Shown here one piece after another: positions 27,099 through 35,983 of a DNA stretch of 64,000 nucleotides (position 1 is the first letter of the stretch; every line of letters begins with the position of its first letter). The stretch is from Thermoleophilia bacterium (GTDB lineage: Bacteria > Actinomycetota > Thermoleophilia > UBA2241). The stretch lies in contig JAXGZO010000001.1 of assembly GCA_040776965.1 (NCBI GenBank), positions 483,498 through 547,497 on the forward strand, written 5' to 3'. The position numbers and the translations under genes were made by a program. The notes below the pieces were generated by a model, which ran no database searches, was not told the DNA's origin, and worked only from the letters and a program-made list of their open reading frames with translations.

Positions 27099-27485
27099 CT
27101 ACTCCTTCTCGTCGGTCTTCATGACGATGGCGTTACTGGGGCACTCCCGTGCGCAGATCCCGCACCCCTTGCAGTGGATGAGATCGAAGGAGGTGACCTT
27201 GCCGTCCTCCACGATCACCGAGGCGTCCGGGCAGTAAAAGTAGCAGAGCATGCAGCCGTCGCAGCGCTCGGGGATGAGCACGGGGAGGAAGGTACGCCAG
27301 CCGCCGGTCTCGTAAAAGGCGGAGTTGCCGGCCTCGGGGATCGTGGCGCCGAGCTCGTGGCGCTCGGGGCCCCACGAGGCGATGTCGCTGATATCCCACT
27401 TCGACTTGGGCATGACCGGCCTTATGGGGCACGCTCGCCTCGGTGAAGCCGCTTTCTTCGCCTCGGTCTCTTTTTCAGCGGTCAT
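27099..27485 (-). CDS. porD: 2-oxoacid:ferredoxin oxidoreductase delta subunit (2x[4Fe-4S])
   Basis: 128 aa. CDGCMLCYFYCP and CKGCGICARECP. Confidence 0.9.
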   Translation of the reverse strand: MTAEKETEAKKAASPRRACPIRPVMPKSKWDISDIASWGPERHELGATIPEAGNSAFYETGGWRTFLPVLIPERCDGCMLCYFYCPDASVIVEDGKVTSFDLIHCKGCGICARECPSNAIVMKTDEKE

Positions 27486-28084
27486 TCGCCTTGGACCTCC
27501 TCGTAGCTGCGCGTTAGCGCAGCGATATTGCCTTCAACGACCTTCGGCGAGAACTTCTTGGAGAACTCGCCGCGCAGGAACTCGACGACGACGTCGATGT
27601 TAAACAGGTCGGTGATGCGGGTGAGCGCGCCGACCATGGGGGTGTTGGGGATAGGGCGCTTAATGGTCTCCGTCGCAATGCGCGTGGCCGCGATGGTGAA
27701 GTAGCGGAAGCCATCGAGGCCGTAGCACCCGCGGAGCTCCTCGGGGGTCATCTCACTGTTGACGAGCACGATGGCGCCCTCGGGGGCACCTTTCGTGACG
27801 TCGACCGTGCTGAGGAGCGACTGGTCGAGCACGACCACGATCTGCGGGTGCAGCACGCCGGAGTAAATCTGGATGGGCTCGTCGCTGACGCGGGTGAAGG
27901 CGACGATAGGGGCTCCGGAACGCTCGGGGCCGTACTCCGGGAACGCCTGAAAGAACTTGTTCTCGCCGAGGGCGAGCTCGGCGACGAGTTTCGCCGCGGT
28001 GACGGCGCCTTGGCCGCCTCGCCCGTGCCACCGGATCTCCGTGAGGCACCCCGCGGGTTTTGCGTCTGTGTCGCTCGTCGCCAT
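27482..28084 (-). CDS. porG: 2-oxoacid:ferredoxin oxidoreductase gamma subunit
   Basis: About 200 aa. IRWHGRGGQGAVTAAKLVAE...FPEYGPERSGAP. ATG 28082-28084 lies 5 nt after a GAGGAG that is inside the recR 3' end. An alternative GTG at 28090 overlaps the recR stop. Confidence 0.9.
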   Translation of the reverse strand: MATSDTDAKPAGCLTEIRWHGRGGQGAVTAAKLVAELALGENKFFQAFPEYGPERSGAPIVAFTRVSDEPIQIYSGVLHPQIVVVLDQSLLSTVDVTKGAPEGAIVLVNSEMTPEELRGCYGLDGFRYFTIAATRIATETIKRPIPNTPMVGALTRITDLFNIDVVVEFLRGEFSKKFSPKVVEGNIAALTRSYEEVQGE

Positions 28085-28086
28085 CG

Positions 28087-28689
28087 TCACTCCTCTTCGT
28101 GTCGTACGCTGCGGCGGCCGGCGAGCGCGCGTCCGAGCGTGAGTTCGTCTGCGTATTCGAGATCGCCACCGACCGGGAGGCCGCTGGCGAGCCGTGTTGC
28201 TTTGACGGCTGGGGGAAGTACGTCGGCGATGTAGAGGGCGGTAGCCTCGCCGGTCATGGTGGGGTTGGTGGCGAGGATAACCTCCTCCACATCTTCGCCG
28301 ACGCGTGCGACGAGCTCCGCGATGCGCAGATCTGCGGGCTCCACCCCATCGAGGGGGCTGAGCGCCCCTCCGAGCACGTGGTAGAGGCCGTTAAACTCGT
28401 GCGTGCGCTCGATCGTTACGATGTCGAACGGCTGCTCCACGACGCACACCATGCGAGGGTCCCTGCGCGGGTCGGCGCAGATGGGGCAGAGCTCGCCCTC
28501 CGCGAGGTTGTAGCAGCGGCGGCAGAAGCCGATGCGCTCCTTAACGGTGGTAATAGCGCCGGCGAGTGGGAGCACGTCTTCGGGGCGTTGTTTGAGGATG
28601 TGGAAGGTGAGCCGCTGAGCCGTGCGGGGTCCGATCCCCGGGAGCTTCGCGAGCTCTGTGATCAATCTCTCAACAGCGGGTGAATACAA
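28087..28689 (-). CDS. recR: Recombination protein RecR
   Basis: 200 aa. LPGIGPRTAQRLTFH (HhH), C4 zinc finger CRRCYNL...CPIC, and a Toprim region. TTG start after GAGGGA. Confidence 0.95.
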   Translation of the reverse strand: MYSPAVERLITELAKLPGIGPRTAQRLTFHILKQRPEDVLPLAGAITTVKERIGFCRRCYNLAEGELCPICADPRRDPRMVCVVEQPFDIVTIERTHEFNGLYHVLGGALSPLDGVEPADLRIAELVARVGEDVEEVILATNPTMTGEATALYIADVLPPAVKATRLASGLPVGGDLEYADELTLGRALAGRRSVRHEEE

Positions 28690-28970
28690 CGCGTATCCCT
28701 CGGATCTTGAGTGTATAAACTAACAAAAAAAACGCGAATTATACACGTAAAGATCATCGTAGATCATCTCTGGTGCCATTGTATCGACTTTTGACGGCGA
28801 GGGATACCGCACGGGGCAGAACCCCAGTGCGCGAGGTCGAAAGGGGGAGAATGGCGGGCCGATGAGCGGGGAGTGGGAGGTGGGACTCCTCACTCCTTAT
28901 AAAGAGGATAAAAATACTCCTTTATGCAAAGATTATACTCTCATCACAGCGGTCAAACTCTTCGCCTCTA

Positions 28971-29297
28971 CTAAAAGAGTCCGGGGATGCCGGGGAGCTG
29001 GAGGCCGGCGGTGGCGCCGCCTAGTTTACTGTTGGCCATGTCTTGGGCGGCGCGGAGCGCCTCGTTGACGGCGGCGATAACGAGGTCTTGCAGCATCTCC
29101 ACATCGTCGGGGTCCACGGCCTCCGGTTTAATGGTGACTTCTTTAACCTCGAGCCCTCCCGTGATTACGATGGTGACCATGCCGCCGCCGGCCGTGGCGG
29201 TGACGGTTTCGGCCGTGAGCTCTTCTTGGGCCTTCGCCATCTTGGCCTGCATCTCTTGGACCTGCTTCATCATCTTGTTGTACTGGGGGTTGGCCAC
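28971..29297 (-). CDS. ybaB: Nucleoid-associated protein YbaB/EbfC
   Basis: Start at GTG 29295-29297 after AAGGAGAG. 108 aa: NKMMKQVQEMQAKMAKAQEEL...GGGMVTIVITG. Confidence 0.9.
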   Translation of the reverse strand: MANPQYNKMMKQVQEMQAKMAKAQEELTAETVTATAGGGMVTIVITGGLEVKEVTIKPEAVDPDDVEMLQDLVIAAVNEALRAAQDMANSKLGGATAGLQLPGIPGLF

Positions 29298-29307
29298 GGG
29301 TCTCTCC

Positions 29308-31065
29308 TTAGGAGTCGTCGGGGAGCACTTCGGCGTTAAAGGTGTCTTTCGCCTGATTGATGAGGTCGGTGAAGTCGATGGCCGTGGGCGGCGCCTGCGG
29401 GGTGCTCGGCTGTTCGGGTGCGGGCTTCGCCGCAAGCTCGAAGACGGGGGTGAGCGGGCTCTCAAGGGTCGCTGCGAGCGCATCGCTTAAAAACTCGATG
29501 TTGCCGGGCTGGCTGGCGCGAGTGAGCACGAGGTTGGAGGGGACGGCGATGGTGAGGCGCTCGCCGTTGAGCGCTTTGGGGCGGGCATCGCCCAGGAGGG
29601 CCGCGAGGCTCCCGCTCATCGGTTGTACGCGCTGTAGTACGAGCTCCCAGGCGCGCTTAACGCGGTCGAGGGTGACGGCGGAGGGCCGGTACTCCGGCTT
29701 CGCCTCTGCGGTGGGCTGCTCGGCCTGCACTGGCGTGGCGTGGGTTGGCGGCTGCGGTGCGGGGCGCGCTGCGCTCGCCCGCTCCTCGCCCGCTCGCCCC
29801 GCGTGCGTGCGCTCGGCGAGGCGCAGCGTCTCCTCGCCGGCGAGGGCGTTCTCGAGGCGCCGAAGGCGCTCCTCGAGGGCGGCCGCCGAGTGGTCGAGGT
29901 GGGGCTGTGTGGCTTTTACGAGCGCGAGCTCCAGCTGCAGGCGCGGGTCGAGGCCGTCGCGGATTTGGCGCTGTGCATCGCCGAGGAGCTCGATGAGAAA
30001 GATGATCTCGTGCGGCGGGAGGTTGTTGGCCTGAGGGAGCAGGCGCAAGAGGAGTTGGTCGTCGAGCTCGACGGTGTGCGCGAGCGCGCGCAGGGTGGCG
30101 TCGTCGCGCGCCGAGTCCTCGAGGTGCTGCAGCAGGAAGAGCTGGCGGAGGTGCCGGAGGAGGTCGCGGATAAACGGGGAGGGGTCGATACCGTCGTTTG
30201 CGAGGCGCTGCACAAACTGAAGCGCCTCTGCGGTTTGCCGCTCGGCGACGATGTCGACCACCTCGAAGAGGAGGTCGATAGTGGTGACGCCGAGGGCGTC
30301 GAGCACATCGCTCGGCGAGATGGTGCCGTCGGCGTAGGTGATGAGCTTTTCGAGCGTGCCGATGGCGTCGCGAAACCCGCCTTGCGAGTGGCGGGCGATC
30401 TCGGCGAGCGCCGCCTGTGAGATCGCGATCTCGGTGCCGCCGGGCTCCTCTTTTAGCTGTGTGTTCTCGCGTTCTACGATCGTCGCGAGGAGGTGGGCGA
30501 TGTCGCGCACGTGCGGCCTGCGAAAGTCGAAGCGCTGGCACCGCGAGATGATCGTCTCGGGGATCTTGTGCGGCTCGGTGGTCGCCAGCACGAAGACGAC
30601 GTTTGCGGGGGGCTCCTCCAGCGTCTTGAGGAGGGCGTTGAAGGCCTCCCGGGTGAGCATGTGCACCTCATCGATGATGTACACCTTAAAGCGACCGTCG
30701 ACCGGCGCGAAGGCGATCTTGTCGCGCAGCTCGCGGATGTCGTCGATGCTGCGGTTGGAGGCGGCGTCCATCTCGACCACGTCGAGCGAGACGCCGTCGG
30801 CGATGGCCGTGCAGTGGCGGCAGCGCCCGCAGGGGGCGGCCGTGGGGGTCTCGCGCGGCTCGCCCTCGACGCCCACGCAGTTGAGCGCCTTAGCGAGGAT
30901 GCGCGCGGTGCTCGTCTTGCCGGTGCCGCGCGGCCCCGCGAACACGTAGGCATGCGCCACGGCTGAGCCCTCGACGGCGTTGCGTAGCGTGCGCGCTACG
31001 TGATCTTGGCCGACGAGCTCCTCAAAGGTCTGCGGTCTGTAGAGACGGTAAAGAGAGCGCTTCAT
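29308..31065 (-). CDS. dnaX: DNA polymerase III subunits gamma/tau
   Basis: 585 aa. YRPQTFEELVGQ, GPRGTGKTS, a zinc module CGRCRHC, and DEVHML. Confidence 0.95.
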   Translation of the reverse strand: MKRSLYRLYRPQTFEELVGQDHVARTLRNAVEGSAVAHAYVFAGPRGTGKTSTARILAKALNCVGVEGEPRETPTAAPCGRCRHCTAIADGVSLDVVEMDAASNRSIDDIRELRDKIAFAPVDGRFKVYIIDEVHMLTREAFNALLKTLEEPPANVVFVLATTEPHKIPETIISRCQRFDFRRPHVRDIAHLLATIVERENTQLKEEPGGTEIAISQAALAEIARHSQGGFRDAIGTLEKLITYADGTISPSDVLDALGVTTIDLLFEVVDIVAERQTAEALQFVQRLANDGIDPSPFIRDLLRHLRQLFLLQHLEDSARDDATLRALAHTVELDDQLLLRLLPQANNLPPHEIIFLIELLGDAQRQIRDGLDPRLQLELALVKATQPHLDHSAAALEERLRRLENALAGEETLRLAERTHAGRAGEERASAARPAPQPPTHATPVQAEQPTAEAKPEYRPSAVTLDRVKRAWELVLQRVQPMSGSLAALLGDARPKALNGERLTIAVPSNLVLTRASQPGNIEFLSDALAATLESPLTPVFELAAKPAPEQPSTPQAPPTAIDFTDLINQAKDTFNAEVLPDDS

Positions 31066-31115
31066 CGATTGGGTAGTCTACCTCGCCGGGGAGGAGGAGA
31101 GAAGCGGCCGCGCAC

Positions 31116-31377
31116 CCGCCGTCGAAACCCACCCCCCGAGCGTCCTCGCCGAGCGCCTGCTCCAGTCAGGTGACCCTGCGGCACATGGAATGGCCTGCTT
31201 ACCGCTGCTTCCTTCCGGACCTGACGGGGTTCACAGGGTTCCATTGCGCAGGACCCAACCTTCAACGCCGCGCATCGGCTGACTGCCTCGCGGAGTGGCC
31301 CCTCGGGCGGGGATTCAGCCCCGCTGTAGCGGATTGCGGGTAACAGGGCACCGCTGGCTCCCCACCTAGCGCGGCCA
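31116..31377 (-). ncRNA. ffs: Signal recognition particle RNA, long Bacillus-type with an Alu domain
   Basis: Minus strand carries the universal domain-IV motif GUCAGGUCCGGAAGGAAGCAGCGG (31203-31226). It also carries a 5' segment AGCGGUGCCCUGUUACCCGCAAUCCGCUACAGCGGGGCUGAAUCCCC resembling the B. subtilis scRNA Alu domain. Terminal GGCCGCGC/GCGCGGCC can close the molecule, about 262 nt. Position just upstream of dnaX is the conserved one. Ends are approximate. Confidence 0.85.
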
Positions 31378-31388
31378 GCTCGGATGGT

Positions 31389-31434
31389 ATGCCGCTGCGG
31401 GGCGTGGCGCAAGCGCGGCGCCCCGCAGCGGCAT
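31389..31434 (-). terminator. 16-bp perfect hairpin after the Pat-like gene
   Basis: atgccgctgcggggcg...cgccccgcagcggcat, 6 nt downstream of the stop at 31440. Confidence 0.7.
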
Positions 31435-31439
31435 GGCCG

Positions 31440-34124
31440 TTAGAGGCGGAGCACCATCTTACGGAGGTTGGGCTCGTCGCTCGGCTGGATGTCGAAGCCG
31501 AGCCCCGAGGCGAAGGCCGTCATGGCTGGGTTGGCGGCGAGCACGTGGCCGTGGAGTTCGTGGACGTGGCGGTCGCGGGCCACCTGGATGAGGGAGGCCA
31601 TGAGCTGGGAGCCGATGCCGCGGCGTTGGTATTCGTCGCGCATGACGATCGCGAACTCGCCGTGATCCTCGTTCGCCGTCTCGATCGCGAGGCGGGCGAC
31701 GCCGAGCATAGCCTCCTTGCGCCTGCCCTTGGCCGCGCGGATCGCGCAGAGGGCGACCTCGCGGTCGTAGTCGATGTGGCAGTAGCGGATGAGCATCGAC
31801 TTGGTGACCTCGCGGATGGGGCCGAAGAAGCGGTACTCGGCGGTGTCGGGTGAGAACGACTCGACCATCTCGGTCCAGAGGGCCTCGTCTTCCGGCTTAA
31901 TGGAGCGGATGATGATCTTCTCGCCCTCCGACTGGAACTCCCAGGAGTGCTCGCTGGGGTACATGGAGATCATGAGGTGCGAGCCCGGCAGCGAGATCTT
32001 GCGCACGTCTTTTGGTTCGATCTTAATGCGGGCGTCGAGGGCGGTGATGCCGTCGGCGCGTACCTGGAGGGGGTTGACGTCCATCTCGAGGATCTCGGGG
32101 AAGTCGACCAGGAGGTTGCTCACCTTAACGAGCGCCTCCTCGAGCGTGCGCATGTTGACCGCCTCTTTGCCGCGGTAGCCGCCGAGGAGCCGGGAGATCT
32201 TCGTCTTTTGGATCAACGAGTGGGCGAGGGCCTGGTTGAGCGGTGGGAAGTCCACGGCGACGTCTTGGTAAAGCTCCACGCCGGTGCCGCCAGTGCCGAA
32301 CATGATCACGGGGCCGAAGGTGGGGTCTTTCTTGGAGCCGACGATGACCTCGTAGCCGCCGCGGCTCATGGCCTGTACCGCGACGCCGATGATCTCGGCG
32401 TTCGGCGCCGCCTTTTTAACGTTCGCGACGATCTTTGTGAACTGGGCGGAAGCGTCGGCGGCCGAGCGGACGTTGAGGGCGATGCCGCCGACGTCGCTCT
32501 TGTGGGTGATGTTGTGGCTGAGGATCTTGACGGCCACGGGGAAGCCGATGTCTTCGGCGGCCTTGGCGCAATCTTCGGCCGTCGTGGCGATGACCGTTTT
32601 GACGGCTGGGATTCCGTAGGCCTCGAGGACTGTCTTCGCCTCCGGCTCGCTCAGCACGCTGCGTCCGTCGCGCGCGACCTCCAAGAAGACGCTCTTGACG
32701 GTCGTGCGGTCGGGCTTGAAGTTGGGGAGGATCTCGGTGGGCGTCTCGTAGATATCCGCGAGGTTGCTCGTGTAGTGGTACATGTACATGTAGGCGCGCA
32801 CGGCGTCTTCGGGGGTGCTGAAGGCTGGGATGTAGGCGTTGCGCAGAATTTCGAGGCCTTCGGCCACCTTTATCTTGCCCATAAACGAGGTGAGGAACGG
32901 CTTGAGTCGGTGGGTGCGCGCTACGTCGACGAGGGCCTTCGCCGTCGCCGTGGGGTCGCTCATGGCCTGGGGGGTGAGGATCGCCAAGACGCCGTCGCAG
33001 GCGGGGTCGTCTACGAGGGCCTGCGCCGCGGCGGCGTAGCGGGCCGCGTCGGCGTCGCCGCCCACGTCCACCGGGTTGCCGCGCGCCGCGAAACCGGGGA
33101 GGAAGCTCTGGAGCTTCTCGTCGGTCTCCTTGGAGATCTCCGCGAGCTCGCCGTCCAAGTTGAGGAGGCAGTCGCTGGCCATAACGCCCGGGCCGCCGGC
33201 GTTGGTGACGATGCCCAGTCGCGGGCCACGCGGGCCGCTCACGCGGCTGAGGGCCTCGCTCGCGTCGAAGAGGTCTTTAACCTCGGAGACGCGGATAACG
33301 CCGGCGCGGCGGAAGGCGGCGCTGTAGAGGGTGTCGTCGCCGGCGATAGCGCCGGTGTGGGAGGCGGCGGCTTGGGCGCTGCGCGCCCAGCGACCGCTCT
33401 TCACCACGATAATCGGCTTGCTCTTGGCGAAGTGCCGCGCTGCGCTCATAAACTTGCGCGCGTCGGTGATGGACTCGATGTAGAGGATGATGCTGCTGGT
33501 GTGCGGGTCGGCGCCGAAGAAGTCGATGAGGTCGCCGAAGTCGACGTCGGCCATGGAGCCGACGCTGACGAAGGCCGAGAACCCGATGCGGTTGGCGGCC
33601 GCCCAGTCGAGAATAGCCGTGCCCAGCGCGCCCGACTGGCTGAGGAAGGCGATGCGGCCCGCCGGCGGGATGATGTGGGCGAAGGTGACGTTGAGGTTCA
33701 TGGCCGGGCGGATGTAGCCGAGGCAGTTGGGGCCGATGATGCGCACGCCGTACGATTTGGCGATGGCCACGACCTCTTCTTCGAGGGCTCGGCCGGCCGG
33801 GCCCACCTCTTTGAAGCCTGCGGTGACGATAACGGCGCCGCCTACGCCGGCCTCGCCGCACTCCCGCACCGTCTGCGCCACCGACTTCGCCGGTACGGCG
33901 ATAATCGCCAGGTCGACCTTGTGCGGCACCTGGCTCACGGAGGAATACGCCTGGATGCCCTGCACCGAGGGCGAGGAGACGTTGACAGGGTAGACGACAC
34001 CTCCGTACTCGGCGCCGATGAGGTTGCGCAGAAGGATGTAGCCGACCGATCCCTTTTTATTCGATGCGCCGATGACGGCGATTCCTCGTGGGTTAAACAG
34101 TCTGTCGAGGTTGCGTGTGCTCAT
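31440..34124 (-). CDS. ADP-forming acetyl-CoA synthetase-like protein fused to a C-terminal GNAT acetyltransferase (Pat/PatZ-type protein lysine acetyltransferase architecture)
   Basis: 894 aa. CoA-binding N-terminus (LFNPRGIAVIGASNKKGSVGY), succinyl-CoA-synthetase-like and ATP-grasp regions. The last ~190 aa are GNAT-like (QRRGIGSQLMASLIQVA). Confidence 0.85.
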   Translation of the reverse strand: MSTRNLDRLFNPRGIAVIGASNKKGSVGYILLRNLIGAEYGGVVYPVNVSSPSVQGIQAYSSVSQVPHKVDLAIIAVPAKSVAQTVRECGEAGVGGAVIVTAGFKEVGPAGRALEEEVVAIAKSYGVRIIGPNCLGYIRPAMNLNVTFAHIIPPAGRIAFLSQSGALGTAILDWAAANRIGFSAFVSVGSMADVDFGDLIDFFGADPHTSSIILYIESITDARKFMSAARHFAKSKPIIVVKSGRWARSAQAAASHTGAIAGDDTLYSAAFRRAGVIRVSEVKDLFDASEALSRVSGPRGPRLGIVTNAGGPGVMASDCLLNLDGELAEISKETDEKLQSFLPGFAARGNPVDVGGDADAARYAAAAQALVDDPACDGVLAILTPQAMSDPTATAKALVDVARTHRLKPFLTSFMGKIKVAEGLEILRNAYIPAFSTPEDAVRAYMYMYHYTSNLADIYETPTEILPNFKPDRTTVKSVFLEVARDGRSVLSEPEAKTVLEAYGIPAVKTVIATTAEDCAKAAEDIGFPVAVKILSHNITHKSDVGGIALNVRSAADASAQFTKIVANVKKAAPNAEIIGVAVQAMSRGGYEVIVGSKKDPTFGPVIMFGTGGTGVELYQDVAVDFPPLNQALAHSLIQKTKISRLLGGYRGKEAVNMRTLEEALVKVSNLLVDFPEILEMDVNPLQVRADGITALDARIKIEPKDVRKISLPGSHLMISMYPSEHSWEFQSEGEKIIIRSIKPEDEALWTEMVESFSPDTAEYRFFGPIREVTKSMLIRYCHIDYDREVALCAIRAAKGRRKEAMLGVARLAIETANEDHGEFAIVMRDEYQRRGIGSQLMASLIQVARDRHVHELHGHVLAANPAMTAFASGLGFDIQPSDEPNLRKMVLRL

Positions 34125-34273
34125 ACCGCTCGTCGTCTCCCGTCGTGGTGGCTCGTCGCTTGACGTTCGTGTGTACTCTACGTCCAGTTCCTCTTCGGTT
34201 CACCCGAAGGATACTCCTCCCGCAAGTTAGGGGGAAGGGCGCGACGACGGTGCGAGAGAAAAAAGGGGGAAGA

Positions 34274-34348
34274 TGGTGGGCGATGTTGGGTTTGAACCAA
34301 CGACCTCCCGCGTGTGAGGCGGGCGCTCTCCCGCTGAGCTAATCGCCC
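34274..34348 (-). tRNA. tRNA-Val (anticodon CAC), CCA encoded
   Basis: Reverse complement GGGCGATTAGCTCAGCGGGAGAGCGCCCGCCTCACACGCGGGAGGTCGTTGGTTCAAACCCAACATCGCCCACCA folds as a cloverleaf. Anticodon loop is CTCACAC. Confidence 0.9.
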
Positions 34349-34472
34349 GGGGTGGCGTAACTCTCCACACCACAGGGCGAAAAGGATACCATAAAGCTCG
34401 AGCGGAGTGGGAACCGTACATCACTCGGCTGTGAGTGCATTCGAACTCAGCACAGTCAGTGAAAGAGAGGGG

Positions 34473-35894
34473 ATGAGGATGAACGTGAGAGGTAGGAGGC
34501 GGTGGCTTGGTAGCTCGTCGCTCCTCATCGTCGCCGTGGCCGCTGTGGTGCTCATGGCGGCGGTCACCGCTTCTGCGGGGGCGGCGAGCGCCCCCGCTGT
34601 GCCCACCGGGGTTAAGGTTGCGGTGGCTAAGGGCGGCAAGGCCGTCGTAACGTGGAAGGCTTCGGCCGGCGCTCACGGTTACGTCGTCTTTTTAGCCAAG
34701 CCCGGCTCCTCTGTGGTTAAAAAGCTCGCAACGGTCAACGGAGGCCAAACCGTGCGCTTCATCAGCGGTACGCTCGCCCCCGGCAAGACGTACGCCTTCA
34801 GAGTTAAGGCCTACAAGAGGGGCGGCGGCAAGATGCTCCTCTCCGCCTTCTCCGGCGCGGTGAGCCTTAAGGTGCCCGCGCGAATCGTCGTGGGCAAGGT
34901 CGCCGACCGAGTGGTGCTCCACGGGCAGACCGCCACCTTCTCCGTGAGCGCAAAGGGCACGAGCCCCGCGTACCAGTGGTATAAAAACGGGGCCCGCGTC
35001 GACGGAGCTACCGGCTCCTCGTACACGACGCCGGCCACCTCGCACAGCGAGAACGACGGCGACCGGTACTTCTGTAAGGTCTCCAACATCATTAACTCGG
35101 CCACCACGAACTCCGCCCGGCTCACCGTGCGTCCGCCCGGCTACAGCGGTATTGTGGCGGATCACACCGTCGCGAGGCTCGCCAACCTCAACAGCATCAG
35201 CGCGGCGCGCATTAATCGAGCTAAAGCGAAGCTCAAGATCGCCTACTGGCACACCTCGCACGGCAGCCAGATCGTCACCGGCATGGACGGCCTCGCCGCC
35301 TGGAAGGGCGGCTGCTATCAGTACTCCTCTACGCCCGGATTCCTCACCGATACGTGGTCGACGGATCTCGGCGACGACAACTGGTCGTCGCTCACCGACT
35401 CCTACCTCAAGTATCACCCCAGCATCAACGTCGTCATCTGGTCGTGGTGCGGGCAGGTGTCGTGGAAGGATCAGAGTGCCATCGCGGGGTATCTGAGTAA
35501 GATGAGCGCCCTCGAGGCTAAGTACCCCAAGGTCACCTTCGTCTACATGACCGGCCACCTCGACGGCACCGGCTCCAAGGGCAACCTCCACCTCCGCAAT
35601 CAGCAGATCCGGGCTTACTGCGAGCAGCACAACAAGGTGCTCTTCGACTTTGCCGACATCGAGAGCTACGACCCCGACGGCACGTGCTACCTCGATCGTG
35701 GTGGTGACGACGAGTGCAACTACCTCGTCAGCGGCGCCAAGGTTAACTGGGCGCAGAAGTGGCAGGCCGCTCATACCAAGGGCGTGGAGTGGTACCAGTG
35801 CGACTGCGCTCACTCCCAGCCCCTCAACGGCAACATGAAGGCCTACGCGGCCTGGTACCTTTGGGTGCAGATCGCGGAGCGGGGTGGCGGCTGA
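34473..35894 (+). CDS. Secreted protein: signal peptide + FN3 domain + Ig-like domain + uncharacterised C-terminal domain
   Basis: ATG 34473 after AGAGAGGGG. Signal MRMNVRGRRRWLGSSSLLIVAVAAVVLMAAVTASAGA. FN3-like PTGVKV...WKASAGAHGYVV...YAFRVKAY. Ig-like TATFSVSAKGTSPAYQWYKNG...YFCKVSN. Confidence 0.75.
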   Translation: MRMNVRGRRRWLGSSSLLIVAVAAVVLMAAVTASAGAASAPAVPTGVKVAVAKGGKAVVTWKASAGAHGYVVFLAKPGSSVVKKLATVNGGQTVRFISGTLAPGKTYAFRVKAYKRGGGKMLLSAFSGAVSLKVPARIVVGKVADRVVLHGQTATFSVSAKGTSPAYQWYKNGARVDGATGSSYTTPATSHSENDGDRYFCKVSNIINSATTNSARLTVRPPGYSGIVADHTVARLANLNSISAARINRAKAKLKIAYWHTSHGSQIVTGMDGLAAWKGGCYQYSSTPGFLTDTWSTDLGDDNWSSLTDSYLKYHPSINVVIWSWCGQVSWKDQSAIAGYLSKMSALEAKYPKVTFVYMTGHLDGTGSKGNLHLRNQQIRAYCEQHNKVLFDFADIESYDPDGTCYLDRGGDDECNYLVSGAKVNWAQKWQAAHTKGVEWYQCDCAHSQPLNGNMKAYAAWYLWVQIAERGGG

Positions 35895-35983
35895 GGCGCG
35901 GCGCGGTGCGGGCACAGTTCCCTCGTCGGAGAAGGAGGCCGAGTCCTCACGCTAGACTCGCCTCCCTCCTCGACGTCGCTTCT

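Noticed and set aside
28862-29068. 68-aa plus-strand ORF in the ybaB-recR spacer.
   Set aside because: It runs into and overlaps ybaB on the opposite strand, and has no ribosome-binding site or recognisable features. The spacer is treated as regulatory or non-coding instead.
31062-31412. 116-aa minus-strand ORF upstream of dnaX.
   Set aside because: It covers the SRP RNA. The region contains the universal GUCAGGUCCGGAAGGAAGCAGC motif and an Alu-domain-like 5' part.
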